A stretch of DNA of 63,822 bases, counting the filler. It is 6 parts of 6 records of this genome, joined end to end, with 100 filler letters (N's around TTAATTAATTAA, not from the genome) between each part and the next. Parts side by side here need not be neighbours in the genome. Positions count along the whole stretch, not along the records: positions 26,802 to 54,053 come from DRR723986_5344; 5 more parts are not named here. One strand, 5' to 3'. Position numbers and translations under genes: made by a program. Position 1 is the stretch's first letter. Each line of letters opens with the position of its first letter. The notes under the pieces are model-generated. The model was given only the letters and a program-made list of their open reading frames with translations, was not told the origin of the DNA and did no database searches. This document shows positions 29,661 through 41,486 of the stretch, piece by piece.

Positions 29661-30554
29661 ATGAGAAAAATAACTGAAACCATAACTTCTGTGGTCATTT
29701 TTTCCTACTTGTTGTTGTTTGCAACTGCGGCTTCTAACGCTGGTGTCCCGATAAAATTTACCCGCGACGCAAAGGGCAGAATTTTGCTGCCGGTAACCTA
29801 TAGCGACGGGCAAAAATTTAACTATATGTTGAACACCAGTCTGCGTCGCATAGGTGTTCGAGAGAGCAGCCAAGAGGTCAAGGGTTTGGCGCTTTATATG
29901 CGCCGTAAGTCCAGTAATTTTACGCCCCTGGGGTTGGTGGTTGTGCCTCTTGCGAGGTTTGATGGCCTGTCTTTTGATGGCAGGCTTTTAAACGAAAGGT
30001 TTGGAGGCGTTTACCCGGCCAATTCAACGGCGGCAGGGCTGTTGGGGTATGATGCTTACGGCAACCATGTGGTGTATATTCAGCAGGACAAGTCAACTGC
30101 CAGCTTTCTGGCTAACTCTGGCATGTTTTCTACCGATGATTGGCATTTGCTGGTTGGACGGCCTAATCGGCATGGTGGGATAGTCCTAACGACGGAGCAT
30201 CAGGGTGTGCAGTTGGATGTGTTGCTGGATACAAGTATTAGTCGGTCGGTGATTGACCGAAAGGCGGCCAAGGCATTGGGCATAGACACTGGCAAAGTTG
30301 ATAAAAACACCCAGTTTGTTGATGTATCAATTGGTATTTTGTTCAATGAAAAAAGATGGCCCCGGGCCACACTTGAAAACCTTTCCATCAAAGAGTGGTC
30401 AATTGGTGATCTGCAAGTGGGCGTTTCAACATTACCTGTTGCAGAAGCAACTGGTAAAAAACAATCACACTTGCTTATTCTGGGTGCCGATGTTCTTTTC
30501 AAGCAGGATATAGCTTTTGATTTCAGGCACCACCAAGTTTGGTTGCCGCGCTAA
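29661..30554 (+). CDS. Exported two-domain retropepsin-like (aspartyl protease fold) protein
   Basis: Signal peptide; MLNTS...GLLGYD and LLDTS...ILGADV repeats. Confidence 0.7.
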   Translation: MRKITETITSVVIFSYLLLFATAASNAGVPIKFTRDAKGRILLPVTYSDGQKFNYMLNTSLRRIGVRESSQEVKGLALYMRRKSSNFTPLGLVVVPLARFDGLSFDGRLLNERFGGVYPANSTAAGLLGYDAYGNHVVYIQQDKSTASFLANSGMFSTDDWHLLVGRPNRHGGIVLTTEHQGVQLDVLLDTSISRSVIDRKAAKALGIDTGKVDKNTQFVDVSIGILFNEKRWPRATLENLSIKEWSIGDLQVGVSTLPVAEATGKKQSHLLILGADVLFKQDIAFDFRHHQVWLPR

Positions 30555-30630
30555 TTTTTTGACAAAGCTAATCGTAAGGGCTGCAACCAGCTAAGCAGCA
30601 ACAGCCCATAGGTATCTTTGTCAGTAGCTT

Positions 30631-31407
30631 TTATTCCGGCTTGCGGAACTTGGCGATAAAGCGCTGACTGCTATCACGACCACTGGTTAGGTCGCGGAAG
30701 CGAATAGTTTGTGGGTCATCGGGGTTTGCCAGAATGTCGGAATTGCCGACATATTCAAAGCCAGCTGCGGTCAAATCAGCAATTGCATTTTCAAGCGAAG
30801 CACGATGCCATTCGGCGCTGTCTGCACGCGGGGTGCCATCGGGCGCTTGGTGGTCGATAATGACATACAGGCCGCCGGGCTTCAGCATTTCCATCGCTTT
30901 AGCCAAAAATGCTTTCGTGGTGTCAGGCGTGTTTTCACCAGAAGCATCAGTATAGTGCATATGATGGTAAATCAGGGCGGTGAAAATCATGTCAAACTCA
31001 CCAGTGCCCCCTTCAAAGTCGGTGATACCGCCTATAAAAGGGTCCACGTTGCCAAGTTTGGTGTAGCGAGGCGTAAGGGCGCCTTCAAGGCGGCTCCATG
31101 TTCTTGAACTGTTTTGCGCGACAACCATGCCCTCTTTACCAACCATGTTAGAAAGTACGGCGGCGTAATAGCCTGTTGAGGAGGCATGGTCCCACACTTT
31201 CATACCGGGTTTCACCCCAAGATATTCCATTACCTGCCAAGGTTTCCGCCCTGCGTCGCGGGCATCATCACCGTCAGGGCGTTCAGGCCGCTCTTGTTGC
31301 ACATTTTCGCCCGCAGCGTGGTGGTCAGCAAGGCCGGTCATGCTGAAACCTAAAATGGCTGCGCCGGCGAGCAGGGCTGCTGCGGCTGTTTTAAGGTGGT
31401 GGGTCAT
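30631..31407 (-). CDS. Exported class I SAM-methyltransferase-fold protein (COG4798-like)
   Basis: Signal peptide; ARDAGRKP...GVKPGMKV...GYY, LKPGG, HR, LANPDD, RFIAKFRKP. Confidence 0.85.
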   Translation of the reverse strand: MTHHLKTAAAALLAGAAILGFSMTGLADHHAAGENVQQERPERPDGDDARDAGRKPWQVMEYLGVKPGMKVWDHASSTGYYAAVLSNMVGKEGMVVAQNSSRTWSRLEGALTPRYTKLGNVDPFIGGITDFEGGTGEFDMIFTALIYHHMHYTDASGENTPDTTKAFLAKAMEMLKPGGLYVIIDHQAPDGTPRADSAEWHRASLENAIADLTAAGFEYVGNSDILANPDDPQTIRFRDLTSGRDSSQRFIAKFRKPE

Positions 31408-31624
31408 TAGTTTCTCCTGCCTTCACATGCGTGAAGGGATCAAAATTGCTAGCTCTTGCAAATACCTAAGCGTGCTCAAGGCTATGCTGCAACACCAACT
31501 TTTGGTGCGAAAAAGGGTAAAATCATGTCAGCAGCCTTCAAGACCGCTAAAACAAAGTGTTTTGAAGGGTTTGCTGACAGCATTGCCGGTGTTTACTCAC
31601 GGAAATGTGTTCTATGATAAATGA

Positions 31625-32071
31625 GTGATGAGCAAAAACCGAGAGAAGATTGTGACATTTCGACCCGTCAGAAACGCCGACGCCGAAGGCTTGATAGCCC
31701 TGATTGAGCGTTGTTTTAGCGAATACCCCGGCGTTGTGGTGGAGCCAGATGGCATTGATGCTGACCTGCGCGCTTATGCAACTGCGTTGGAGCAAAGCGG
31801 TGGTGAAGGTTTCGTACTGGAGCAACGCGGCAAAATCGTCGGGCTGGTTTCGGGCGTGTTACTGGCTGAAGGACGGTATCAGTTGAAACGCATTTACCTC
31901 GACGCCAGCTTACGTGGAACAGGCATGGGCGTAAAAATGTTGCGGTTGATTGAGAGCAGGGCGCAGGCGCACCGTTTTTACACCCGTGAAGGGTATAGTA
32001 AGTCTGGCGCTAAGCGCGCGCTCGACGACCTGTCCAACAGCATTGAGTTTCAATTTTGCAAAAGCTTTTGA
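31625..32071 (+). CDS. GNAT acetyltransferase, apparently with an in-frame internal deletion
   Basis: LKRIYL...RGTGMG motif A, then AHRFY with the intervening strand missing. Confidence 0.7.
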   Translation: MMSKNREKIVTFRPVRNADAEGLIALIERCFSEYPGVVVEPDGIDADLRAYATALEQSGGEGFVLEQRGKIVGLVSGVLLAEGRYQLKRIYLDASLRGTGMGVKMLRLIESRAQAHRFYTREGYSKSGAKRALDDLSNSIEFQFCKSF

Positions 32072-32970
32072 GGGACTTTCATCCTCATGATATCGGCTTT
32101 GCCACCAGCATTTGGTCTGCCCGTGAAATATAGGGTCTCGCCGTCTGGCCCCCAAGTTGGTTGCCGTGCCTGAAAATCGCCGGTGTTAACTATAGTTTGC
32201 CTGCTGCCATTGTGGTTCATGACATACAGCATGCTGGTGCCGCTGCGATTTGAGACAAAGGCGACAGGGCCGTTTGGCGATGCGGCGGGTGTGAAATCAT
32301 GCCCTTCAACTTGCGTGAGGCGTTCAGTTACCCCCGTTGCGAGCGTAAGCCGGTATATTTCATCATTCTCGCCTTTGGTATCGATGCGGGAGAAGTATAT
32401 CAAAGCTTTGCCATCTGGCGTAAAGCGCGGCCATACCTCGCGGTAGGGGCTGTTGGCTTTAAGGGGCTTGCGTTCCCCTGTCGCGAGGTTTTGCAGAACA
32501 ATATCCCAGTTTGTTGTCCCTTCTTCGACAAGCTGTGAATAAGCAAGCCACTTGCCGTCAGGTGATATATCAGGTGCCATATGGGCGAGGGTTTTTGTAC
32601 CGGTGTCTATGGGAGTTAAGCCGCTTCCATCTTGGTTAATGCGCCACAAAGTCACGGGTTGGTCTGAGTCTTTCTGACCCGCAAAAATAAGGGATTGCCC
32701 GTTTGGGTGCCAAGTGGCTGGGCTACTGACAATCAAGCTATCAACCAGAAGTGTGTGCGCCTTCGCAGCCAAGTCTAACAGCCAAAGCTGGTTGCTTCGA
32801 TCGCCTTTTCTATCGCTCAGGTAGGCAATGAACTTACCGTCGGGCGAAACAGATGGCTCGCGGTCTTCACCGCTGAAAGTGGTTAATGCTGTTACCAACG
32901 GCTCTTCTGCGTTAACCGGCGTTAGTGCAGCGATAAAAACTATAGCCAATGGGTATAAAATGCTTCTCAT
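32050..32970 (-). CDS. Exported TolB-like PD40 beta-propeller protein
   Basis: Repeated PSVSPDGK, WHPNG, ISPDGK, FTPDGK, WGPDG. Confidence 0.88.
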   Translation of the reverse strand: MRSILYPLAIVFIAALTPVNAEEPLVTALTTFSGEDREPSVSPDGKFIAYLSDRKGDRSNQLWLLDLAAKAHTLLVDSLIVSSPATWHPNGQSLIFAGQKDSDQPVTLWRINQDGSGLTPIDTGTKTLAHMAPDISPDGKWLAYSQLVEEGTTNWDIVLQNLATGERKPLKANSPYREVWPRFTPDGKALIYFSRIDTKGENDEIYRLTLATGVTERLTQVEGHDFTPAASPNGPVAFVSNRSGTSMLYVMNHNGSRQTIVNTGDFQARQPTWGPDGETLYFTGRPNAGGKADIMRMKVPQKLLQN

Positions 32971-33033
32971 GCAAGGGAGCATACCCCGATTTGGCCAATA
33001 GCGCATTCACACATTTGGTTTAGGCAGTTCGTG

Positions 33034-33936
33034 CTATCTGCAGTTGCTGCCCATCCAATCAGTCACCGTTTGCATCAGCGCAAAGCGTGTCCAGGAGAAA
33101 GCATGATCACCTTCCATCAGAACATGGGTAAGGTTAACCCCCGCTGCTCTGTACGCTTCCACTTGTGGTACATGGTTCTCAGCGGGGTTAACCGCTCTGT
33201 CCTGTTTGCCAGCCACCAGCAACACAGGCCGGTCTTTGTATTTGGGGCCAAGCAGGAAGGTGTCAAAATCTTTGCCGTGCTTTGCAACTTCGGTGATAAG
33301 GGCTTTACCGCCTTTGTGCTTGAGCATCTTTTGCGTGTCCACATAGGCGGCGAAACCGTCCAACAAAGCTTTTGACGCGCGACTATTAATGCGGTTGCCA
33401 AGGTTTGCGGCGGCAATACCGGTCACACAGGTAATGGATGGGTCTGCCGCCCCGGCCATAATGGCGGCAAAACCGCCCATTGAATGGCCGATCAGGCTGA
33501 TACGCTCCGGGTTAATGCGATATTGTTCGGCTATTTTATCGCTGCGTAAGTAGCTCACCGCCGCGGCCACATCTTCAACCACATGGCTGAAGCTATAGTC
33601 ACCGTCGCTGCCCCAAGCACCGCGGTAATGGAAGAACAGCACATTAAACCCATCCCGCCGCAGGCTTTGTGCCAAATCCAGGTTCTTCTCATTGCCGGGG
33701 AAGCCGTGCAATAGCACCGCTGTGGGGTGTGGCCCCGCGCCGTTCGCAATATACATATGCCCGTTAACGCGGTCACCGTCGCTTTTGAAAGAAAGTTCGG
33801 CGATGGCAGGCGGGTTGGCAGCATCAATGGTGGGTGGGTCCATGGTCAAGGGGTCATAGTCTTGCGCTATAACGGTGTGTGTTGCCGCCATTGACAGTGC
33901 CGCAGTCGCCGCGAATGCCCTAAGCTTTTGATTCAT
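33034..33936 (-). CDS. Exported alpha/beta hydrolase
   Basis: LHGFPGNE, YRGAWGS, GHSMGG, GDHAF; signal peptide. Confidence 0.9.
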   Translation of the reverse strand: MNQKLRAFAATAALSMAATHTVIAQDYDPLTMDPPTIDAANPPAIAELSFKSDGDRVNGHMYIANGAGPHPTAVLLHGFPGNEKNLDLAQSLRRDGFNVLFFHYRGAWGSDGDYSFSHVVEDVAAAVSYLRSDKIAEQYRINPERISLIGHSMGGFAAIMAGAADPSITCVTGIAAANLGNRINSRASKALLDGFAAYVDTQKMLKHKGGKALITEVAKHGKDFDTFLLGPKYKDRPVLLVAGKQDRAVNPAENHVPQVEAYRAAGVNLTHVLMEGDHAFSWTRFALMQTVTDWMGSNCR

Positions 33937-34104
33937 ATGCCTTGTCCCCATTGTTGATAAACCCATCCAAAAAACGTCACCTGCAACCTTGCGGTGAAGC
34001 GCGTGCTGGTCGCAATACAAATGTGACAAACAACAGGTATTTTGCGTACCAATTTCCCTTGCGTGAGCGCCGTTCCGGTCTTAGGCTTGTGGCCTTAACT
34101 TTAA

Positions 34105-36078
<1,974 letters not shown>

Positions 36079-36107
36079 TGGCGACAAAAGAAAGATTAAC
36101 TTTTATG

Positions 36108-36137
36108 AAAGCCGGGGCAAGGTTGCCTCGGCTTTTT
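36108..36137. terminator. Bidirectional terminator after thiC
   Basis: AAAGCCGGGGCAA-GG-TTGCCTCGGCTTTTT between convergent genes. Confidence 0.85.
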
Positions 36138-36161
36138 ATATAGCTGTAAAAAGTTCTACTT

Positions 36162-36578
36162 TTAAAATTCCAGTGTTTTTTGGTTTTGATGAATTTTGTT
36201 GCCTTTCACCGCGGCGATCCGAAACGTCCAAGGGCCAGCGTCATCAAACGCCATTTGTAAAGCATAATACCCCGGCGCGGCTTCTTCCATTTTTGTCATC
36301 TCTTTATAGTCGGCATTTGTCTCGGACGTGATGATAACGGTAACTTTAGCGCCCTCTATGGGGTCGTCTTTTCTGTCGTACAGTTGAAAGATCAAGGCTT
36401 TTGCATTTGTATCGCCTTGGAAAGGGAGCGTGCTAATTGAACTTTCCCAACCCTCGGCGGTCGTTAGCTGTTGGGCAGCGCTGGACGCTGAACCATCCTC
36501 GGAGGAGTCGCTGCAAGCAGGCAAAACCAAGGCCAAAAGGAGGGCGGTACCTGATATTAAATGTGATTTGTTAGTCAT
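36162..36578 (-). CDS. YtkA/FixH-like Ig-fold lipoprotein
   Basis: Lipobox LPAC; PIEGAKV...EAAPGYY...FDDAGPW; AAGGA RBS. Confidence 0.7.
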   Translation of the reverse strand: MTNKSHLISGTALLLALVLPACSDSSEDGSASSAAQQLTTAEGWESSISTLPFQGDTNAKALIFQLYDRKDDPIEGAKVTVIITSETNADYKEMTKMEEAAPGYYALQMAFDDAGPWTFRIAAVKGNKIHQNQKTLEF

Positions 36579-36714
36579 GATATTTCCTTTTTTTCCTTTG
36601 CGGCTACAGCTAATACGGTTTTAGTCGCTATGCATGAAGCTTAAATGTATTAGTAACACAAAAACGAATAGCCAGAAAGCTTTGCAAGCAAAAGCTTGTT
36701 GGGTATATGCGCAT

Positions 36715-36828
36715 GCCACTAAAAAGGAAGAGGCAGAAACCGGCAGGAAACGCATGAGCGACGAGTTTAAAAAGCGTGGCTCAGAGCTTTACCTGCCCGC
36801 CGAGGACGTGACCCCAGGGGCGGAGTAG
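36715..36828 (+). pseudogene. thiC: Orphan diverged copy of the thiC 3' end
   Basis: [37 protein letters not shown] vs thi[40 protein letters not shown] (35959-36078). Confidence 0.92.
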
Positions 36829-36836
36829 GGGATAAA

Positions 36837-36869
36837 AATGAGGCCTCGGTGGATTTCCGAGGCCTCATT
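36837..36869. terminator. 13-bp hairpin terminator
   Basis: AATGAGGCCTCGG-TGGATTT-CCGAGGCCTCATT; T-run on the minus strand. Confidence 0.8.
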
Positions 36870-36873
36870 CCGT

Positions 36874-37005
36874 TTAATCGTCTTTTACTAAGAACGAGAA
36901 AAACTGAGCATTCTTAGGATAAATCCGCTTCTTCAGCTTCTTATTCCAGATGCTCCGCGCAAATACACGCTTGTACCCTTTTGGTACGTCGTCATCGTTG
37001 GACAT
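36874..37005 (-). CDS. Small basic 43-aa protein (absent from ORF track)
   Basis: MSNDDDVPKGYKRVFARSIWNKKLKKRIYPKNAQFFSFLVKDD*; GGAG RBS 7 nt upstream; hairpin 4 nt after the stop. Confidence 0.7.
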   Translation of the reverse strand: MSNDDDVPKGYKRVFARSIWNKKLKKRIYPKNAQFFSFLVKDD

Positions 37006-37158
37006 TATTAGTCTCCAACTGTCGGCCTCTTGACACCTGATCCGAGGAATGCGATTCTTGAGTTGCTACACTAAAGTCGATCTTCGTATCGGCTCCTCAC
37101 ATAGTGGCCTTGTGCCCGTGAGAAATTTTTGGCTCAGCAGGTGCAAACTGCTGAGCCA

Positions 37159-37884
37159 TTATTCTTCTACCCAAATTGCGTCTATCTGTTTTTTGATTAC
37201 TGCCTTGTCCGATTCAGCGAAATCTTCTGGAATAGTCAACCATGCCTTGCGCCCATTAGGTAATCGAATTGGAATTGAATCAAAACCGTCTTTCGCTTCC
37301 AGATGTTTGCCAGATTGCGCGGGTTTCGACTGTTGACTGTTTTCATTCTGGTCCACTCCTATGTCGGGGGCTCCGCTAACGTCTTCGTTATCGTATTCGT
37401 TATTAGAATGGTCATCTGGGCGAAGCGAGTTAGTGAAATCTAAAGACGACTTCAAAACTTTCAGAACCAAGTCTGCCTTCTTAGGGTCGAAATACAGTTC
37501 TTTGAGCATGAACATTTTGGCGACCGGATCGCTAGGTAACTTTTCGTCAAAATGGTTTAGAATCAGTGAAAAAACTTTAGGTGTAAAAAGGAGAGTTCTA
37601 GCGATTTCCCATTTGGTAGCCTGATCGGGAGCGAATTTAAAGTCCTGAATAGATTCACTTACGGCTATTTGCCCCTTTCCCTGACCAGTTACAACACCAT
37701 AGTGCCTGAGAGTGCCAAGTCTCGTCTTTGCTGCTCCGCCATTTGCATCCTTGTGTCCTAAAGCAACAGCAGCAACATCTAGACTGACAGTGGAGAGTGT
37801 GGCTTGGTCGTAAATTGCCGTGGCAGCATCAATAGCTTGGCATAAATCAAATACGGGTGCGCGTGGATTTTTTTCATTGGCCAT
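37159..37884 (-). CDS. Hypothetical 241-aa protein, probable winged-helix N-terminus, acidic linker and small C-terminal domain
   Basis: AAAGGAGG RBS before MANEKN; ALGHKDANGGAAKTRLGTLRHYGVV resembles a wHTH. Confidence 0.75.
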   Translation of the reverse strand: MANEKNPRAPVFDLCQAIDAATAIYDQATLSTVSLDVAAVALGHKDANGGAAKTRLGTLRHYGVVTGQGKGQIAVSESIQDFKFAPDQATKWEIARTLLFTPKVFSLILNHFDEKLPSDPVAKMFMLKELYFDPKKADLVLKVLKSSLDFTNSLRPDDHSNNEYDNEDVSGAPDIGVDQNENSQQSKPAQSGKHLEAKDGFDSIPIRLPNGRKAWLTIPEDFAESDKAVIKKQIDAIWVEE

Positions 37885-38331
37885 AACCTTGACCTCCTTT
37901 CTTGCGCTAATAGTAGATGTTGCCGGCTCTGATGGCAAGTACTAATATAGTAAATATACAGAACAAAAATATAAGGCACTGTATATAAAGTAAAAATATT
38001 AAAATTAATTACTTTCATAATACTATTTTTTGTTCTTGTAGGAGTTATTTTTTGATCTTGAAGTTCGGCAATATTTATCGCCAATTTCATAACTTATTGT
38101 AAAATAACAATATAAATCTATTGCAGTGCCGCGATAATTGTTTTTATGGGCACCTACTTGTTCTCTTGTTTAGTTGATTTTAGGTACTTAACAGGCCAAA
38201 ATTATCATGAGGCGGCCTTCAAGTATAAAATAGACATGGCTAAGCTCGCTAAGAATGATTGTGACCGCTGATATTAAGGTGTGATAGCGAATTAGCGACC
38301 TCTCGGTAACAACATAAGGCGGGATAAATAT

Positions 38332-38760
38332 ATGCGGACGCTTTCAACATTAATCTTGCTATGTTGTGTCGGTAGTAGAGTTGCGTTTGCACAGGCCTGT
38401 TCATCCAATACTTTCTCATGGACAGAAACGCGGTTGTTTTTTGGCCGGGATATCGGCGAGACGGGCGAGGTGACGGCTGAACAATGGCGGGACTTTACAG
38501 TGGCGGAAGTTATCCCGCGCTTCGGGGATGGTTTCACGGTGCTGGACGGCGCAGGCTACTGGAAGGGCGCAAGCTGCAAGGCGGTGCTGGTGGACGGTGG
38601 CTGTGAGAAAAGCAAGATATTGCTGGTACAATATCCGCCAAGTCCGGAAGCTGACGCCAAGCTGAAAGCCATTGCTGAGGCTTACATTGAACAATTCGAC
38701 CAAGAAGCGGTGATGCGCTCAGACACGCCCGTTTGCACGCAGTTTATCACCCGCGACTGA
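38332..38760 (+). CDS. DUF3574 domain exported protein
   Basis: TRLFFGR...VTAEQWRDF...VIPRFGDGFTVLDGAGYW...FDQEAV. Confidence 0.88.
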   Translation: MRTLSTLILLCCVGSRVAFAQACSSNTFSWTETRLFFGRDIGETGEVTAEQWRDFTVAEVIPRFGDGFTVLDGAGYWKGASCKAVLVDGGCEKSKILLVQYPPSPEADAKLKAIAEAYIEQFDQEAVMRSDTPVCTQFITRD

Positions 38761-38840
38761 CCTTCAATCCCACAGCCCAAAATAACACTGGCGCGCATAC
38801 GCCGAGCCCATATACTGACCCCCACAGTAGGGGAAGTATC

Positions 38841-39140
38841 ATGATTATTGTCACAGGCGCTGTTATCACCACACCGGAAACCCATGATGAAATGGTGGGC
38901 ATGAGCATTGAGCATAGCGCCCGCTCTCGCGCCGAGCCGGGCTGTATTGCCCACAATGTGCATGTTGATTGCGAGAATGCGTCTCGCCTTGTGTTTGTTG
39001 AGCAATGGGCCGATATGGACGCCTTGAAGGCGCATTTTGCTGTGCCGGAAAGCCGGGCGTTCGCTGGCGCGCTGACCACACTGGCAGCCGAAGCGCCCGA
39101 GATGAAGATTTTCGCCGCAGAAGATGTAACGCCCGCATAA
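38841..39140 (+). CDS. ABM-family putative quinol monooxygenase
   Basis: SRAEPGCI...FVEQWADMDALKAHF. Confidence 0.88.
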   Translation: MIIVTGAVITTPETHDEMVGMSIEHSARSRAEPGCIAHNVHVDCENASRLVFVEQWADMDALKAHFAVPESRAFAGALTTLAAEAPEMKIFAAEDVTPA

Positions 39141-39149
39141 GGACGCTTT

Positions 39150-39344
39150 ATGACACACCATGTACAGCCAGAAGAACAACAGCCGGGTGGGCAAGGGCGC
39201 GGCCCAACCAAGCCGGGCGCTTATATCGCCATTGGTGTTGCCATTGGTGCAGCCATCGGTGTGGCGCTGGGCAATATAGGCATGGGCATCGGCGTGGGGG
39301 TTGCCATTGGTGTTGGCATGGCGGTGAACCGGCGCGATAAATAG
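39150..39344 (+). CDS. Small glycine-zipper membrane protein
   Basis: Repeated GxxxG (AIGVAIGAAIGVALG); AAGGA RBS. Confidence 0.75.
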   Translation: MTHHVQPEEQQPGGQGRGPTKPGAYIAIGVAIGAAIGVALGNIGMGIGVGVAIGVGMAVNRRDK

Positions 39345-39353
39345 ATTTATAGT

Positions 39354-40295
39354 TTAACGCGGTGCGCCAGTTGTGTCGGTTTGAATACGGTATATTTTCC
39401 CGCCCCTGCCGCCAGAGAAGGTGGTGGTGACGTAAAGCGCGCTGTGGTCAAACGCGCCGCGCCCAAACGCAAGGCTGGCGGCCCCCGGTATATTCTTGGC
39501 AATTAAAGAGACTTGTTCGCTTATAGGGTCATAGCGCCACACTTCGCCCGCCGGGCCGTTGGCGGCAATGTAAATGCGGCCTTCTTTGTCTATCGCCAAC
39601 CCGTCATTGGCCGCCATGGGGCCGGTTTGCGCCACACGTTTGGGTGCCTTTGGCGCGGGGGTGCCGTCAGGGTTTAGTTCAATGGCCCACAGGCTGTCAT
39701 CGCGGATGACAGGGCGAATGCTTTTGAAAATTTGCGCCACATACAGGGTTTTGCGGTCATGCGACAGCACAATGCCGTTGGGGTGGTTCACCGCTGTGCT
39801 GAACAGGCGCAGGCCGTTTTCCTCATCAAACACAAAAATCTCGTTGGTGGCATCGTCCGATATCAGCAGCGAGCCATCATCGCGCACGATAATGGCGTTT
39901 GGGTCACCAAGGCCGGTGACATAAGCTGTTTTCTCGCCTTCCGGGGTTATGCGCCACACCACACCGTCATTGTTTCGGTGCTGGCGGAAGGCATTGGTGG
40001 GGCCAAAGTCTGCGGCGAGAATGTCGCGTGGGCCGAAGGCGGTAAGCCCAAGGTTGCTGTCCAGGTCAGCCAGTTTGCGGGTGCTGCCATCCGGCATAAC
40101 CTCCCACACTGCGCGGTTGCCGGAGACGAACAGCCGGCCTTCGTTACTGAAGGTGATGCCCTCTGTGCCTCTGAAGGGTTCGTCAACGAATATTTCAGCC
40201 GCGACCGGCGCGGTTATGCCGTTGTTGACCTGAGCCTGAATTGCAGGTGCCCATAACAGGGCGACGATAAGCGCAAGGGCATGTTTATGGGGCAT
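39354..40295 (-). CDS. Exported SMP-30/gluconolactonase/LRE beta-propeller
   Basis: TEGI, PNAI, PNGIVLS, DGLAIDKEGRIY. Confidence 0.88.
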   Translation of the reverse strand: MPHKHALALIVALLWAPAIQAQVNNGITAPVAAEIFVDEPFRGTEGITFSNEGRLFVSGNRAVWEVMPDGSTRKLADLDSNLGLTAFGPRDILAADFGPTNAFRQHRNNDGVVWRITPEGEKTAYVTGLGDPNAIIVRDDGSLLISDDATNEIFVFDEENGLRLFSTAVNHPNGIVLSHDRKTLYVAQIFKSIRPVIRDDSLWAIELNPDGTPAPKAPKRVAQTGPMAANDGLAIDKEGRIYIAANGPAGEVWRYDPISEQVSLIAKNIPGAASLAFGRGAFDHSALYVTTTFSGGRGGKIYRIQTDTTGAPR

Positions 40296-40436
40296 TCATC
40301 AACTCCAATTTCTAGCGGCAAAAAGTGCACGCTGCGCTGAAATTACATCATAGAAGATGGGAACCCTTAAGGCATATTAAGCGACATTAAATTTGTTTCT
40401 TTTGTCATTCCAGCGCAAAAGTAGCTTTCAACATTA

Positions 40437-40844
40437 TCAGGATGCGTCAGAGACATCACTTGGTTTTCGCATCGCAGCAACAAGGGGGATGAGTAGCAGG
40501 ATGCTGATCGCTATGCCGGGTGTGAACGCGCGGTGGATAATTGCTGGTAGTTTAATAGTTTCATAATTTGGCTGGATAAACAGAAAGAAATACACGGACA
40601 GTCCGGCTGCTGTAAGAATGCTGGGCATTAGAATGGCTGCGACAAATTGTAAGGCGCCTGAGGTTTTGCCGACAGTCCACTTTGCGGCATAAAAAGGGAT
40701 AACTGCTGTAAGGGCCACCAGGATGATAACGGAAATTAGATAGTTAATCGAAAAGCCGGTGAAACCGCCGACAAAATACTTCGATGCAAAATAATAAATG
40801 AAGAATAAACCCCATGCCCAATTTTGAATTTTTGCCGCAGTCAT
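40437..40844 (-). CDS. Hypothetical four-TM membrane protein
   Basis: Four hydrophobic segments; GGAAGGGA RBS. Confidence 0.7.
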   Translation of the reverse strand: MTAAKIQNWAWGLFFIYYFASKYFVGGFTGFSINYLISVIILVALTAVIPFYAAKWTVGKTSGALQFVAAILMPSILTAAGLSVYFFLFIQPNYETIKLPAIIHRAFTPGIAISILLLIPLVAAMRKPSDVSDAS

Positions 40845-41086
40845 TTATGTTTCCCTTCCAAGGATATGATGTTTATCTGTAAGAGATATGTTGCCGCTGC
40901 AAAGGAAACAAAGCCGATATCGTTGAAATGGTGTTGTGTTGAGACAAGGTGATTAGTTCAATTTTCACCTTAAACTACATTATGTTGGCAATGGGACGAA
41001 TAAATATAGGTGCTCGATTTTGCTAAACATCTTGAGGCTGATAAGCACCAAATCGCATTATGGGAATTATGAAATGTGGGTAATAG

Positions 41087-41476
41087 ATGGCATTTGATGA
41101 AGATTTAGTGGCGCGCATTCGCATGGGCCTGTTGGCGCTGGACCGCGAGGCGGAAGAACGCAAAATGTTTGGTGGGCTGTGCTTTATGGTGAAGGGGCAT
41201 ATGACCGTTGGTGTTTCAGGGGATAATCAGGGTGGTGAGCTAATGGTGCGATGCGGCGAGGTTCGCGCAGCGGGTGCGCTTGACAACCCGCACGCGCGGC
41301 TGTGTGACTTCACTGGCCGTATCATGAAATCGATTTTGCTAGTTAAACCCGCCGGGTTTGCAACAGATGAGCAATTGAGCGCATGGCTTGCATTGGCGCT
41401 GGATTTCATAGATACCGAACCGCCAAAGAAGAAAGCACCTAAAAAGCGCCGAATTGCTGCGGCACGGCAACCATAA
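41087..41476 (+). CDS. TfoX N-terminal domain protein
   Basis: MAFDEDLVARIR...ERKMFGGLCFMVKGHM...LMVR. Confidence 0.88.
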   Translation: MAFDEDLVARIRMGLLALDREAEERKMFGGLCFMVKGHMTVGVSGDNQGGELMVRCGEVRAAGALDNPHARLCDFTGRIMKSILLVKPAGFATDEQLSAWLALALDFIDTEPPKKKAPKKRRIAAARQP

Positions 41477-41486
41477 GGGAATTTAA

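Noticed and set aside
36634-36828. 64-aa ORF as a real gene
   Set aside because: Chance upstream ATG fused in frame to the orphan thiC 3' fragment; no clear RBS
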